Part shown: positions 1 to 14,197 of the stretch, piece after piece | How positions within the stretch are numbered: the stretch's first letter is position 1 | How the letters are laid out: every line of letters begins with the position of its first letter | DNA from: Octopus bimaculoides | Taxonomy: Eukaryota | Reading direction: 5' to 3' | NCBI RefSeq assembly: GCF_001194135.2 | Contig: NC_069005.1 | Location: 16,663,059-16,727,058, forward strand | Length of the DNA stretch: 64,000 nucleotides | The notes under the pieces: model-generated | Seen by the model: the letters and a program-made list of their open reading frames with translations, nothing else | What the model was told of the DNA's origin: nothing | Database searches by the model: none | Program-made: the position numbers and the translations under genes

Positions 1-302
1 GTCAATGGTACATTCTACAACAGCCGATAACTGGACACACATACATGTATATCTACTTATATACATACATGTGCATGTATATATGCACAAACATACATAC
101 AACTATACATATGCCAACAGTCCAAAATATACGCACATACACATATATACACACACACTCATCTATATGTATACACATACACATGCATGCACACACACAC
201 ACACAGGCATACGCACACACACACACACAAACAATTGTAGTGATTGAAAATAAATGTTGACTCAAAATCTTTTCAATTATGCACACACACATACATATTA
301 CA

Positions 303-450
303 TGGCATTAGGAAGGGCATCCAGCTGTAGAAACTTTGCCAGATCAGATTGAGCCTGGTGCAGCCTTCTGGCTCACCAGTCCTCAGTCAAACTGTCCAAC
401 CCATGCCAGCATGGAAAGCAGACATTAAATGACAATGATGATGATGATAC
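303..450 (+). mobile_element. RTE-tailed SINE 3' fragment ending in (GAT)n; related copies at ~3455-3655, 10350-10555, 39766-40200 (-), 45140-45312, 45860-45995, 51770-51965, 54190-54572
   Basis: Recurrent ggaagggcatccagctgtagaa...ccaacccatgccagcatggaaagc..gttaaa(c/t)gatgatgat sequence. Confidence 0.85.
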
Positions 451-540
451 ACACACACACACATGCATATATTCCCAACTAGATCTATGTATTTTTACTG
501 CTTCGTTAGTTTTCCAGTGGTAATTTTTTGTTAGCATATT

Positions 541-2886
<2,346 letters not shown>

Positions 2887-3699
2887 TTAATTGGTCAATA
2901 ATTTTTCTGAAGAAAACTATACTGCAGTGACCTATGGTTGCTTTCTGCAACAGTTCTATATGAACATACCTAAATACATGTAGCATTCTCATTCAGTTCT
3001 TCCTTGATAGAAGTTCCATGGTTGTTGTTCATGAGGTTATCACTCAGGTGGGTGGGGCAGTGAATTCAAATGGTTGGGGTTACGTGTTTTTTTTTTTTGT
3101 GTTTGGTTTGTATTGGTTAGGTGTGGTTTCCATTGAACTAAGTGAAGGTGTGCTTAACTGTATGCATGCATCTGGGCAGTCATTCTGCAAATCTATTTAT
3201 AATCCTCTTTTTATCATCAATGATATAGACAGTGATTCCTTGGAATATAGCTGGCATTCCCCAGATAGTGTGTTATAAGGACTCGCATGTGTAATTATTG
3301 ACCAGGTCAGGTTGTATTTTACTTTCTCTTTCTTGAGTCACCAGATGAAATCAGCCAGCAATGTTGCATGCTGTTTAAGGATTTTTTGAAAACTGGCGAT
3401 GTGGTTTCGATATCTTTTTTTGAAAATACTGGCTGATGCACCAATATATACATACGTGCAGGTGACATGTAAAAGCACCTACTACACTCTCTGAGTGGTT
3501 GGCGTTAGGAAGGGCATCCAGCTGTAGAAGCTCTGCCAAATTTAGATTGGAGCCTGGTGTTGCCATCCGGTTTCACCAGTCCTCAGTCAAGTCGTCCAAC
3601 CCATGCTAGCATGGAAAGCGGGCGTTAAACGATGATGATGATGATGATGATGAGCTAGTATTTATGGTGCACTTGTACACCACATTGTTGCTCTGGCAT

Positions 3700-5260
3700 T
3701 GGTTACCCAGAGGACATTTCAGTCAGTCTCTGCTTGAACATAGGTTGCCAATTTTCTTGTTTGCATGTGTATGACCAGTACCCATCCAGTTGGTGCTATT
3801 TTCATTTGTGCTCGTGGCTATCCTGTTATTATTTATATTATTTCTCTGTGTGTTTGTGTTGTTTGGGCTATCATGTGTTGGTCGGTTGCTAAAGTTGTTG
3901 TAGTTGTCGTTTCTCAGTTGGTTTGTGTTATTGTGACTGTGATGCATTGTGTGGTTGGTATTTTCATTGTCTCTAGGGTTATTATATGGGTCTCATTCAA
4001 TTTTTATGGGCCTATTTTCGATGTTGCTCACATGCTGTCTTGGTTTTTGATTGTTAATCATATGAATGTGGTGCTCCATATTTGACGAATTTGCATATGT
4101 CCGTTTTACAGTGTACCAGTTAAATTGCTGGTTGTATATGCTGTTTTTAAGGAAGCAACAATCGAGTGCCTTCCCAATCCTGGATGAGATGTTCGAGCCC
4201 CAGATTGTGTTATATCAGAGGAGATCATGTTTTCTGTATCTCCTATTAGGTTTATTTCTTTGGGTGATTGGAGTGGTGTTGCAATTTTCTGGTATCCCAT
4301 GTTTAACAGTGCTGATGTATTGTCCATTGCTATTTTGCTCTATCTCATTATTGCTTCTCACGTACCTACTTCTGATTGTCCTGTTCTTATGGTTTGGGTT
4401 GTTTTTACCCAGGTTTTTAATGTTGTATGTGTGGTTTCTGTCATGTTTGGTGGGGTTATTCCCAGAGCCATCTGGGTTAATACTATAATTATTACTACTA
4501 CTACTCATGTTTTTGATTTTTGCACAGTAATCAGTCATGGCCAGAGTGGCGTTATAGTAGGGTGCGTATTTGTTGACTGCATCTTCATTAGCAGATAATC
4601 TGAATATTCTGGCTGAAATGTTCTTTACTAGTCCCCTAATAATAAATAGTGGATGATTTGATCTAACATTTATATATTTTAGGCTCTCGTTGGATTTATG
4701 AAATGGTTCAAGCGCCCAGTATTTAAATTGAAAGTAGCATCTAAGAAGTTTACTCTACAGTATTTATCTATGATGATTAAGAGCCCAAAGTTTTTAAAGA
4801 ACTTGAATAAAGGTTTTTTGTTTTACTGCATCTATTTATGAAGAATAATGCATCATCCCTGCATAGATCTCTGCCAATTCCCAGGAAATAGGACTGGATC
4901 AGGGATAGGATATAGACTGTGACTAGGTCAGTGACTTATGCAGAATCTAAGGATCCCATAGCTATATCGAACATGTCCTCTCTATCGGACCACTTCCGCA
5001 GTTTACCATCAAAATCTGCATGCCGCTAGTATTATGTTGATTTCATATTCTAGAAAGATCTGAATTATTCTTAGCATAGATTAATGCCTTATTTAAGAGC
5101 ATAGGGTTAATGTTGGCATAATATCTTCAATATCCAGTTGAATGAATTTACTGTTTATTTATTTCTAGTTGGTTAAACCAGTCGATTACCTCGTGTGTGT
5201 CTGACCATAGTGCTAGAGTGCTTTTAGATCTTAGTTTTGGCATTATTCTTTCTTATTTCT
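3700..5260 (-). mobile_element. Penelope-like retroelement relic (RT and linker)
   Basis: Manual minus-strand translation: FIQLDIED..., MFDIAMGSLDSA, CRDDAL, VNFLDATFNLNTG..PFHKSNESLKYINVRSNHP, YNTIWGSNISSRIGK..FNWYTVKRTY. Confidence 0.8.
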
Positions 5261-5264
5261 TTAT

Positions 5265-5490
5265 TGCCCACAAGGGACTAAACATAGAGGGGACAAACAA
5301 GGACAGACAAATGGATCAAGTTGATTACATCGACCCCAGTGTGTAACTGGTACTTAATTTATCGAGCCCAAAAGGATGGAAGGCAAAGTCGACCTCAGCA
5401 GAATTTGAACTCAGAATGTAGCAGCAGACGAAATACCACTAAGCATTTCGCCCTACGTGCTAACGTTTCTGCCAGTTTGCTGCCTTATCT
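5265..5490 (-). mobile_element. tRNA-derived SINE (family also at ~25250-25400, 25480-25680, 28170-28380)
   Basis: Recurrent gtactt(a)atttatcgagccc..aaaggatg.aaggcaaagtcgacctc.gc.gaatttgaactcagaa motif. Confidence 0.7.
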
Positions 5491-6690
5491 GCCAGCTTGC
5501 CACCTTTGGCATTATTCTTTCTATTATCATCTTACTTATCCTCCCAATATCTGATTTCAAGGGGCAAATGAGGCACTCCAAAAATTTGGTTTATGGTCTT
5601 TCAGTGTTATCTGAGGTTTTCTTGGTGCATAAGGTTCAGTCCTGTCATGTATATCTAGGTGGTTCACTATTTCTTATCNNNNNNNNNNNNNNNNNNNNNN
5701 NNNNNNNNNNNNNNNNNNNNNNNNNNNNNNNNNNNNNNNNNNNNNNNNNNNNNNNNNNNNNNNNNNNNNNNNNNNNNNNNNNNNNNNNNNNNNNNNNNNN
5801 NNNNNNNNNNNNNNNNNNNNNNNNNNNNNNNNNNNNNNNNNNNNNNNNNNNNNNNNNNNNNNNNNNNNNNNNNNNNNNNNNNNNNNNNNNNNNNNNNNNN
5901 NNNNNNNNNNNNNNNNNNNNNNNNNNNNNNNNNNNNNNNNNNNNNNNNNNNNNNNNNNNNNNNNNNNNNNNNNNNNNNNNNNNNNNNNNNNNNNNNNNNN
6001 NNNNNNNNNNNNNNNNNNNNNNNNNNNNNNNNNNNNNNNNNNNNNNNNNNNNNNNNNNNNNNNNNNNNNNNNNNNNNNNNNNNNNNNNNNNNNNNNNNNN
6101 NNNNNNNNNNNNNNNNNNNNNNNNNNNNNNNNNNNNNNNNNNNNNNNNNNNNNNNNNNNNNNNNNNNNNNNNNNNNNNNNNNNNNNNNNNNNNNNNNNNN
6201 NNNNNNNNNNNNNNNNNNNNNNNNNNNNNNNNNNNNNNNNNNNNNNNNNNNNNNNNNNNNNNNNNNNNNNNNNNNNNNNNNNNNNNNNNNNNNNNNNNNN
6301 NNNNNNNNNNNNNNNNNNNNNNNNNNNNNNNNNNNNNNNNNNNNNNNNNNNNNNNNNNNNNNNNNNNNNNNNNNNNNNNNNNNNNNNNNNNNNNNNNNNN
6401 NNNNNNNNNNNNNNNNNNNNNNNNNNNNNNNNNNNNNNNNNNNNNNNNNNNNNNNNNNNNNNNNNNNNNNNNNNNNNNNNNNNNNNNNNNNNNNNNNNNN
6501 NNNNNNNNNNNNNNNNNNNNNNNNNNNNNNNNNNNNNNNNNNNNNNNNNNNNNNNNNNNNNNNNNNNNNNNNNNNNAGTGGTACCTAGATCAGATCTCTG
6601 AGGGATACTTGCTGGAGACTGCCATCTGGTACAAAATTAAAGTAAGAACAATCACATTCTTACATTCACATGCATGCATCCACACACACA

Positions 6691-6729
<39 letters not shown>

Positions 6730-7105
6730 TTTACATTTTGTTGTCGCTGTTGTTCTTGTCATCATTATTGTTGTTGTTGTTGATGTTTTTGTTCAGTGTC
6801 ATGTTGTCATTTTTCTAAGGAATTCTCTTGGGAATTTTATGACCACCTTCATCAGTAAACTTTTGGAGTTTTTTCATTTATTTTTGTTCATTGTTCTTGC
6901 TAGAAATTTTTTAAACACTATTTTCTACACTAGAGTGTATAATTGCAAAATAAAAGTGGGATGCATTGCCTCCTTTTGGCTACCCCATCATTGCTCTATG
7001 TTTTTTCAATGTCCCCCTGAATTTTTCCACCATCCCCAGTGAGGCAGTACCACCCACTTTGAGAACCACTGTTTTATATAATTTTTGTTCTTCTCTTTGA
7101 AAAAG

Positions 7106-7195
7106 GCAGTGCAACAACTGAACATTAAGACATCAAATTTTCAGGACTTAATGACCAGTGAATCTTTTACGCGTCAGGACCTTATTACTTTACAG
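7106..7195 (+). CDS. PPIL2: PPIL2 exon: [30 protein letters not shown]
   Basis: Acceptor ttctctttgaaaaag, donor gtaaat; matches the PPIL2 motif AVEQLNIK..FxRQDIITLQ. Confidence 0.93.
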
Positions 7196-9000
7196 GTAAA
7201 TATAGAGATAGATGAATTATTTAAAGAGGAGCAGGGAGAAATGGAGTAGAGGAGGTGGTGGTGACCACAATTACAGATGTGTACCCTGTCCCCTCAATTT
7301 GTTTCATCATAACTTTCTAAAAAAATGGATATTTTTTATAAAATTTTCTACAGATATATTTAAGATTATGTCAGAATTTGATGTAAGAAAAAATTGTGGG
7401 TGTGCAATGATAATTTAACAGACTATATGAGGAAATAAACTCAAAATGTGTGATTATCCACCCCACCTCAAGTTTTTATTTTTAATCAAAGTTTGACATA
7501 ATTATAATTTACACCATCTGAAACTTACAAGGCTCATTCCAGAAGTTTTGAGTGTTTTACAAGAGAGACAATTATTAATTTCAAAGTAAAGCAGAACTCT
7601 TATTTCCTTCAAATTAAGATCCTTTGACTGTAATGTACATGTAGCACTTCAGCCACTTTGTGAAGGCTCCATGGAAATCTTTCAAAGTGAAGGTGTCTAG
7701 GACCCTTATCACAGCCTCCTTCATCTCCTTCAGCTTAGGGAGAACTGTATTGTAAGGAGGGTGAGGGACAGTTTTCATACCCATCTCTGTCAAGTAGTTG
7801 GTTACCAAGATGGAATTGTGGATTGGTGCATTGTCCTGGTGCAGGATAATGTCTGGCCTTTTGTGAAGATATCTCTTCCAGAACTCCATCAAAACCTTCA
7901 CAAAGTACTCTTTGTTGACTGTCTGGCCAGAGAAAACCCAGTGGATGTAGCTGCTGTCTTTGCTGTCAACAGAAAAAAGTTTCATCATGAACTTCCTAGT
8001 AGACTTGTTTTGCCTGACACTTTTGCCAGTGAAAAAAACTTTATTGTTTAGTGAGCTTCCAAATTGTTTTCATGTCCTGACTGCGTTCTGCAGTTGGCTG
8101 TGACAAGCAGTGTTTAGTAGGGTGTGTTCAAAGTGCTATTTACAGCCATCTCTTTCAGTCTGAAATAGCAAATGTTGACAGGGCAGCTTATCAGATGTAT
8201 ATACTAAGATTATAATAGTCTAGGATATTTATAACTGCTTCTCCTAAAAAAAGTTTCAAAACTTCTGGAATGAATCTTGTAGTAGTAGAAAATATTTTTT
8301 AAAAAATACCTAGTTTTCTGAAAGTAATAAAAATACAAATTAAGGTGTGTGAATTATCTGAAAACCAAAATCTACACTGTCTAAAATGTATCTCTGGAAA
8401 ATATTCCCACCACCACACAAAAAAAAATCTGCATTTTTCAGAAAACATTTAAAAACACAAGTCAGTGTGGCACACTTCTGTAGTTATGTTGAGATGATGT
8501 TGATGCTGATAATGGTTTTGGGCAATAAAAATAGTTCAGTTTGTGGTAAAAGACAGCAACAGTAGTTGACTGGAAATGTGTGTGTTAATGTCTGTATGTA
8601 GTTATTTTGTTTTAATCTACTCCCTGCCTGATATACTTTCTCTTCAATATATTCCATGTCTATTTGATATACAACTTGTTTACTCTTTTCTTTCCTTTTC
8701 CAGGACCCATTACATCTGAATAAATTTAACATTTCTGAATTCTTCTATTTGAAGAATGATATGAAAGTTATTGATGAAGGTAAGCTGTCTATGTGTGTGT
8801 ACGTGCATGTGTGTATATGTGTGTGTGATCAGGCTCAAAAGAAGCTGGAGTTGGTGTGTATTAGCAAGACTTATATTATGTAGTGAAATTGATAAAAAAT
8901 CTTTATACTTCCTACCCCAATGCTGTTGACTGTTCACCAGTACATCATGCTATTCTTAATGGAGACATAAAAATATCATAAAAGATTAGCCTGAATACCC

Positions 9001-9061
<61 letters not shown>

Positions 9062-10299
9062 TGAAAATATAAAGGGAGGAGGTATAAGAAAAAATTTATT
9101 TCATCAATTGACATCCTTACAACCTTTATCATATCAACTGCATCAGACTATACATTACATCCTTTTATTTTGTTTTGGTTTACTATGTGGTTTGTAACCT
9201 GATCCATTAAAGAAATTTTTTTTTTATGAGCACCACCAAATTAGTTAAATTCATATATTGTGCAAGGACACTTTTTTTTAAAAACACCAGCTTTGCTAAA
9301 GATAGGTGTCAAAATATTCTGAAACCACAAAAATTAACATTATGTTTCCATAGGCATGGTTGGGAAGAGTCTTACCTCTGCAAAATTGCAAGAATGAAGG
9401 TCAGTTAACTTGATATCATGATTTCGAATTTAGCACCAAAAACACACTTGATTCTCCTCAATCAAGTCTACTTGTAACAAACTCTTATATTTCACTTCAG
9501 CCAATACCTGTGTTTGTTTCATTGCTGAAGCCACTCTGAGAAAAATGAATCAAGTGAATACAAATTTTTTTATAAAATAAATAAGGCTCATGAGATATAT
9601 TAATGTTAGTGGCCAGTTTTAGCTTGTATTCACTTGATTCATTTTTCTCAGTGTGGCTTCAGCACTGAAACAAACACAAACATTGGCTGAAGTGAAATAT
9701 AAGAGTTTGTTACAAGTAGACTTGATTGAGGAGAATCAAGCGTGGTTTTAGCACTAAATTCGAAATCATGATATCAAGTTAACTGACATTCCTACTTGCA
9801 ATTTTGCAGAGGTCAGGTGCAATCCCTATTTCACTTAATTTTTTTTCCAAACATACCTATGAAAATATAGTTTTAATTTTTGTGACTTTGGAGTGTTTTG
9901 ATTCCTGTCTTTAGCAAAACTGATGTTTTTAAAAAATATGCCCTTGTTATATATCATTCTTTTACATATATCTATTAATTTTGCCTATACGGTTTTAGCT
10001 TGTGGCCACTAACATTAATATATCTCATGAGTATTAATGTTCTTTATATATTTATATAAAAATTTGTATTCTCTTGATTCGTTTTTCTCAGAGTGGCTTC
10101 AGCACTAAAACTAACAGCCATACCTGTGAAAATATAGTGTTAATTTTTGTGGCCTTGGAGTGTTTTGACTCCTATCTTTAACAAAGCTGGCATTTAGGAA
10201 AAAAAGAAAACCACCCTTGTTATACATATCTATTAATTTTGCCTATACGGTTTTAGCTTGCAGCCACTATTATTAATATATCTCATGAGTATTAATGTT

Positions 10300-10337
<38 letters not shown>

Positions 10338-13300
10338 CTTTTAGTCATGCAAAGTACCTGGTGACCTTGTTGATGTTGGTGCCATGTGAAAAGCACCCAG
10401 CACTCTCTGTAAAGTGGTTGGTGCTAGAAAGGGCATTCATATGTAGAAACCATGCCAAAACAGACAATGGATCTTCGTATGGCTTCTAGCCTTGCCAACT
10501 CTTGTCAAACTACCCAACCCATGCCAGTATAGAAAACAGATATTAAATGATAATGTACAGTGAACTTGTCATGAGGGGATAAAATCCAATGTTGTGGACA
10601 ATGTGCTTCTTCAGGGAAAAGCTGAAAGAAGAGAATTAGATGTGGAACAACAGAATTTTACATCCTCAAAGTTAAACTGCAACCAGTTTTTTTTTAACGC
10701 ACTGTTCCTCATCAATTTCTCTCCTGTGAAATTTTCCATGAAGAAGAAGACCATCCAAAATGCTGGGTTTTCCACTGCTCACAGCAAGTTCACTACTCTT
10801 ATCGATTTTACTATTTGTGTGCAATATATATATGTTTGTGTGTATGCATAGCTGTGTAGTTGAGAAGTTAGCTTCCCAACCACATGGTTTCAAATTTAGT
10901 CCTATTGTGCAATTTTCTCCTATTATATCCCTTATCCAACAAAAGCCTTGTCAGTGGATTTGTGAGAGAAACCAAAAGAAGCCTGTCAATTATTTATATG
11001 TTTGTGTCTCCATGTCTTGACATTGATTGTTGTAAATGAATGTCATTCATTGCCAATATTCTCTGAAAACATGCCTGGCATGATTTTCCGTATTTTCACT
11101 TGAAATCCCACTGCAGATAAACTTGCCTTTAATTTTCTCAGGAAAGGTACTAGTGTAGGATAGTGAATCAGTGGAGCGATATGTGGTCTGATCAATAAGT
11201 ATCCAAACTGTTGCTATAGTAACGAAGCTAAAGTATGGAGGGTGAAACTGCTTGACACAGATTGACTTTGAACTCTGCTGTGCATGTGCACTACGTTTAA
11301 CATTCTAGCTCACTTTGACTGTTTACAGCAATGTTTGGAAGGAAGGTGTGTAGCATGTGATTGTTGCATTGACCATGACAGAGAAAGTTGAGCAGAGAAT
11401 CTGCATCAAATTTTGCCAAAAGCTTGGCAATACCTGCTCAGGGGCCTATGCAAATTATTCAAAAAGTTTTCATTGTTTTCGACACAATCAAGGAGTTCAT
11501 GTGCAGAGTGTCTTTTTGGCAGACACACATCTCATACCCAAATATCCAGTGATTAATGGACTGAACTGAACCATAGCTAATCTGCATATCGTCTGATAAC
11601 TCACGGATGGTGATTCGATGATTTCCCCTCACAGCTGCATGCACGTCTATAATGTTTTCCTCAGTTCTGCAAGTTGCAGGTCTCCCAGAACGTTTGTCAA
11701 TATCGACATTATTTTTGGCCATCTTGGAAACATCTGAACCACTCGTACATTTGTGTGTGGCTCATACACTCCTCTCCATACACTTTCTGCAACTTTGCAT
11801 AGGCTTCTGAGCAGGTATTGCCATGATAACTTTTTCTGTCATGGTCAGTGTGATGATCACATGCTACACATCTTCCTTCCAAGCACTGCTGTAGACAGCA
11901 GAAATGATCTAGGTCAATCTGTGCCAAGCAGCTTCACCCTTCATGCTTTAGCTTCATTACTATGGCAACAGTCTGGATACTTATTGATCAAACCTCATAT
12001 ATATTTATTTTGAAATGCATATGCACACATACATATGCAAATTCACTTGTGTATATATGTATATTTAAAGAAATGTATTCATTCATATTTCACACACATT
12101 TATTCATATTTATATGTTTCATTGTTTTTTTCTCTTTCAGAATTAGAACAAGCCAAGAAAGATCCAAAATATCACTTGAAATGTATTAATTCAATAACTA
12201 TGGAAGCTCTGAAAGAACTTGATGAAGAATATAAAGCGAAGGTCTGTTGTTATATTTGACAGATGTTTTGCCATTTTGTGTTGACAACCTGTGCTTTATG
12301 TTGATGATGATGCTGATGATGATATATGCACACACACACACACACACACAGTGCAGTTGCTAATAACACCCCACTTACTGACCAACCTTCACCTTTGTCC
12401 ATCTCTACTATTGCCATTCATTCTCTTCCTGATACCAGCCTTACATCCCTACCTTCTTTCCATGATACTCTCATTCCTTTCACTCTTCAACCTATTCTAC
12501 TTCTGATGTCATTCCTCTCTCCCAATCCATTTCCACCTTCTCAGTGACCTACACTGAGATTTTTCCTGATAAACTGCCTTACAATCCAGAACATTTCATG
12601 CCTCTCATACTCACACTGTAGGGCATTGGCGAATCTCTTACTTTCTGCTTCTCTTCTTGCTAAATCAGCTGTCACCCAGCCTCCCTTCTAGCTATCTGAA
12701 ATAATTCTTCCAATCTTCTACCCCAATTCTTCCTATTGTCCCCAGCCTGTTTCTTTACTTTTATGACTCTGTCTAGTTCACTGTTGTACCACATCACCTC
12801 AGGTTGGCTGGAATTTAGTACCATATTTAGTCTGTATCACTCAGTAGGTTGTCCTGTTGGAACTTCCAGTTGTCATCTATGCTACACTACTCTGTCTCCC
12901 CCCCCCCCCATCATCATTGTCATCATCAAATGCTTCAATTTGTACTTCTCGAAATTTCTGTCTGTTCAGTGGATCTTGAAGCTTCCATATCTTCCTACAT
13001 ATGTATGTGTATTAATGTGTGTATGTTGTGTGTGTATGTCATTGTATTAATTGTCACTTTTACATGCATGCAAAGGTCAGGCAGAATTTATTTGGTCTGC
13101 TCTTCCTTTATGCAAGGTAATATTTCTCTGTGGCTTGACTTGTTTTCATGGAGAATTGGAAACAAAGGAGATAATTTTACAGCTATTGCTCAATAGTGGT
13201 GATACTTATTTTGTAACTATTACTTAGTGTTGAAACAAGGGGACACAAGCACAGGCACACACACACACGTATGATGGGTTTCTTTTCCATTTACCAAATG

Positions 13301-13861
13301 CACTTAAAAGGCTTTAGTTGACTTGGAGTATAGTAGAAGACATTCACCCAAGGTTTCATACAGTGGCACTGAACCTGAAACCATGTGGTTGGGAAGCATA
13401 CTTCTTAACCATACAACTATGCATGTGCCTATTATCACAACTCACTATGTGTGTGTGTGTTTATATATATTTACACACACACGCACACACACACACACAC
13501 ACACACAGAGTCACCATGATTAACCGTTTTTAAAAAATTTTCTCTGTTTATTTCCTCGTGTTCCTTTTTGTTGAAGAGTGTAGGCTCAAAGACTTTCTCA
13601 CCTTCCAAAGCATCAAACTAATACACCTGCTTGTTTATACACCTGTCTTCAACTTGTTTTTTCTGTAATTTTCAACTATATTTATATATATATATATACA
13701 GCTGAGGAGTACATTTTCATTGCACATTTTATGTAGTGTTTTCACTACATGAATAAATGAAGTTTGTACGAAACATACGGACTGCTATAGCCTATTGAAT
13801 TTTTGTTGCTTTTCTTCAAATTATATATATGGACGTTAAACGACGATGATGATGATGATGA

Positions 13862-13904
<43 letters not shown>

Positions 13905-14057
13905 GGTGTGGCTGTGTGGCAATAAGTTTGCTTCCTAACCACATGGTTTCCAGTTTCAGCCCCACTACAGGGCACCTTGGGAAAGTGCTTTCTGCTACAA
14001 TCTTGGGCCAACCAGAGCCTTGTGAGTGGATTTGGAAGATGGAAACTGAAAGAAGCT

Positions 14058-14095
<38 letters not shown>

Positions 14096-14159
14096 NNNNN
14101 NNNNNNNNNNNNNNNNNNNNNNNNNNNNNNNNNNNNNNNNNNATCATCATCATCATCAT

Positions 14160-14197
<38 letters not shown>

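Noticed and set aside
5-292. His/Thr/Tyr/Ile-rich ORFs (also at many other sites)
   Set aside because: Translations of (CA)n, (TA)n, (ATT)n and (GAT)n microsatellites.
5457-6818. Long ORFs of 290-450 aa here and at 18161-19285, 51084-51808, 53296-53748 and 62307-63456
   Set aside because: Artefacts of reading through N gaps; they are mostly X.
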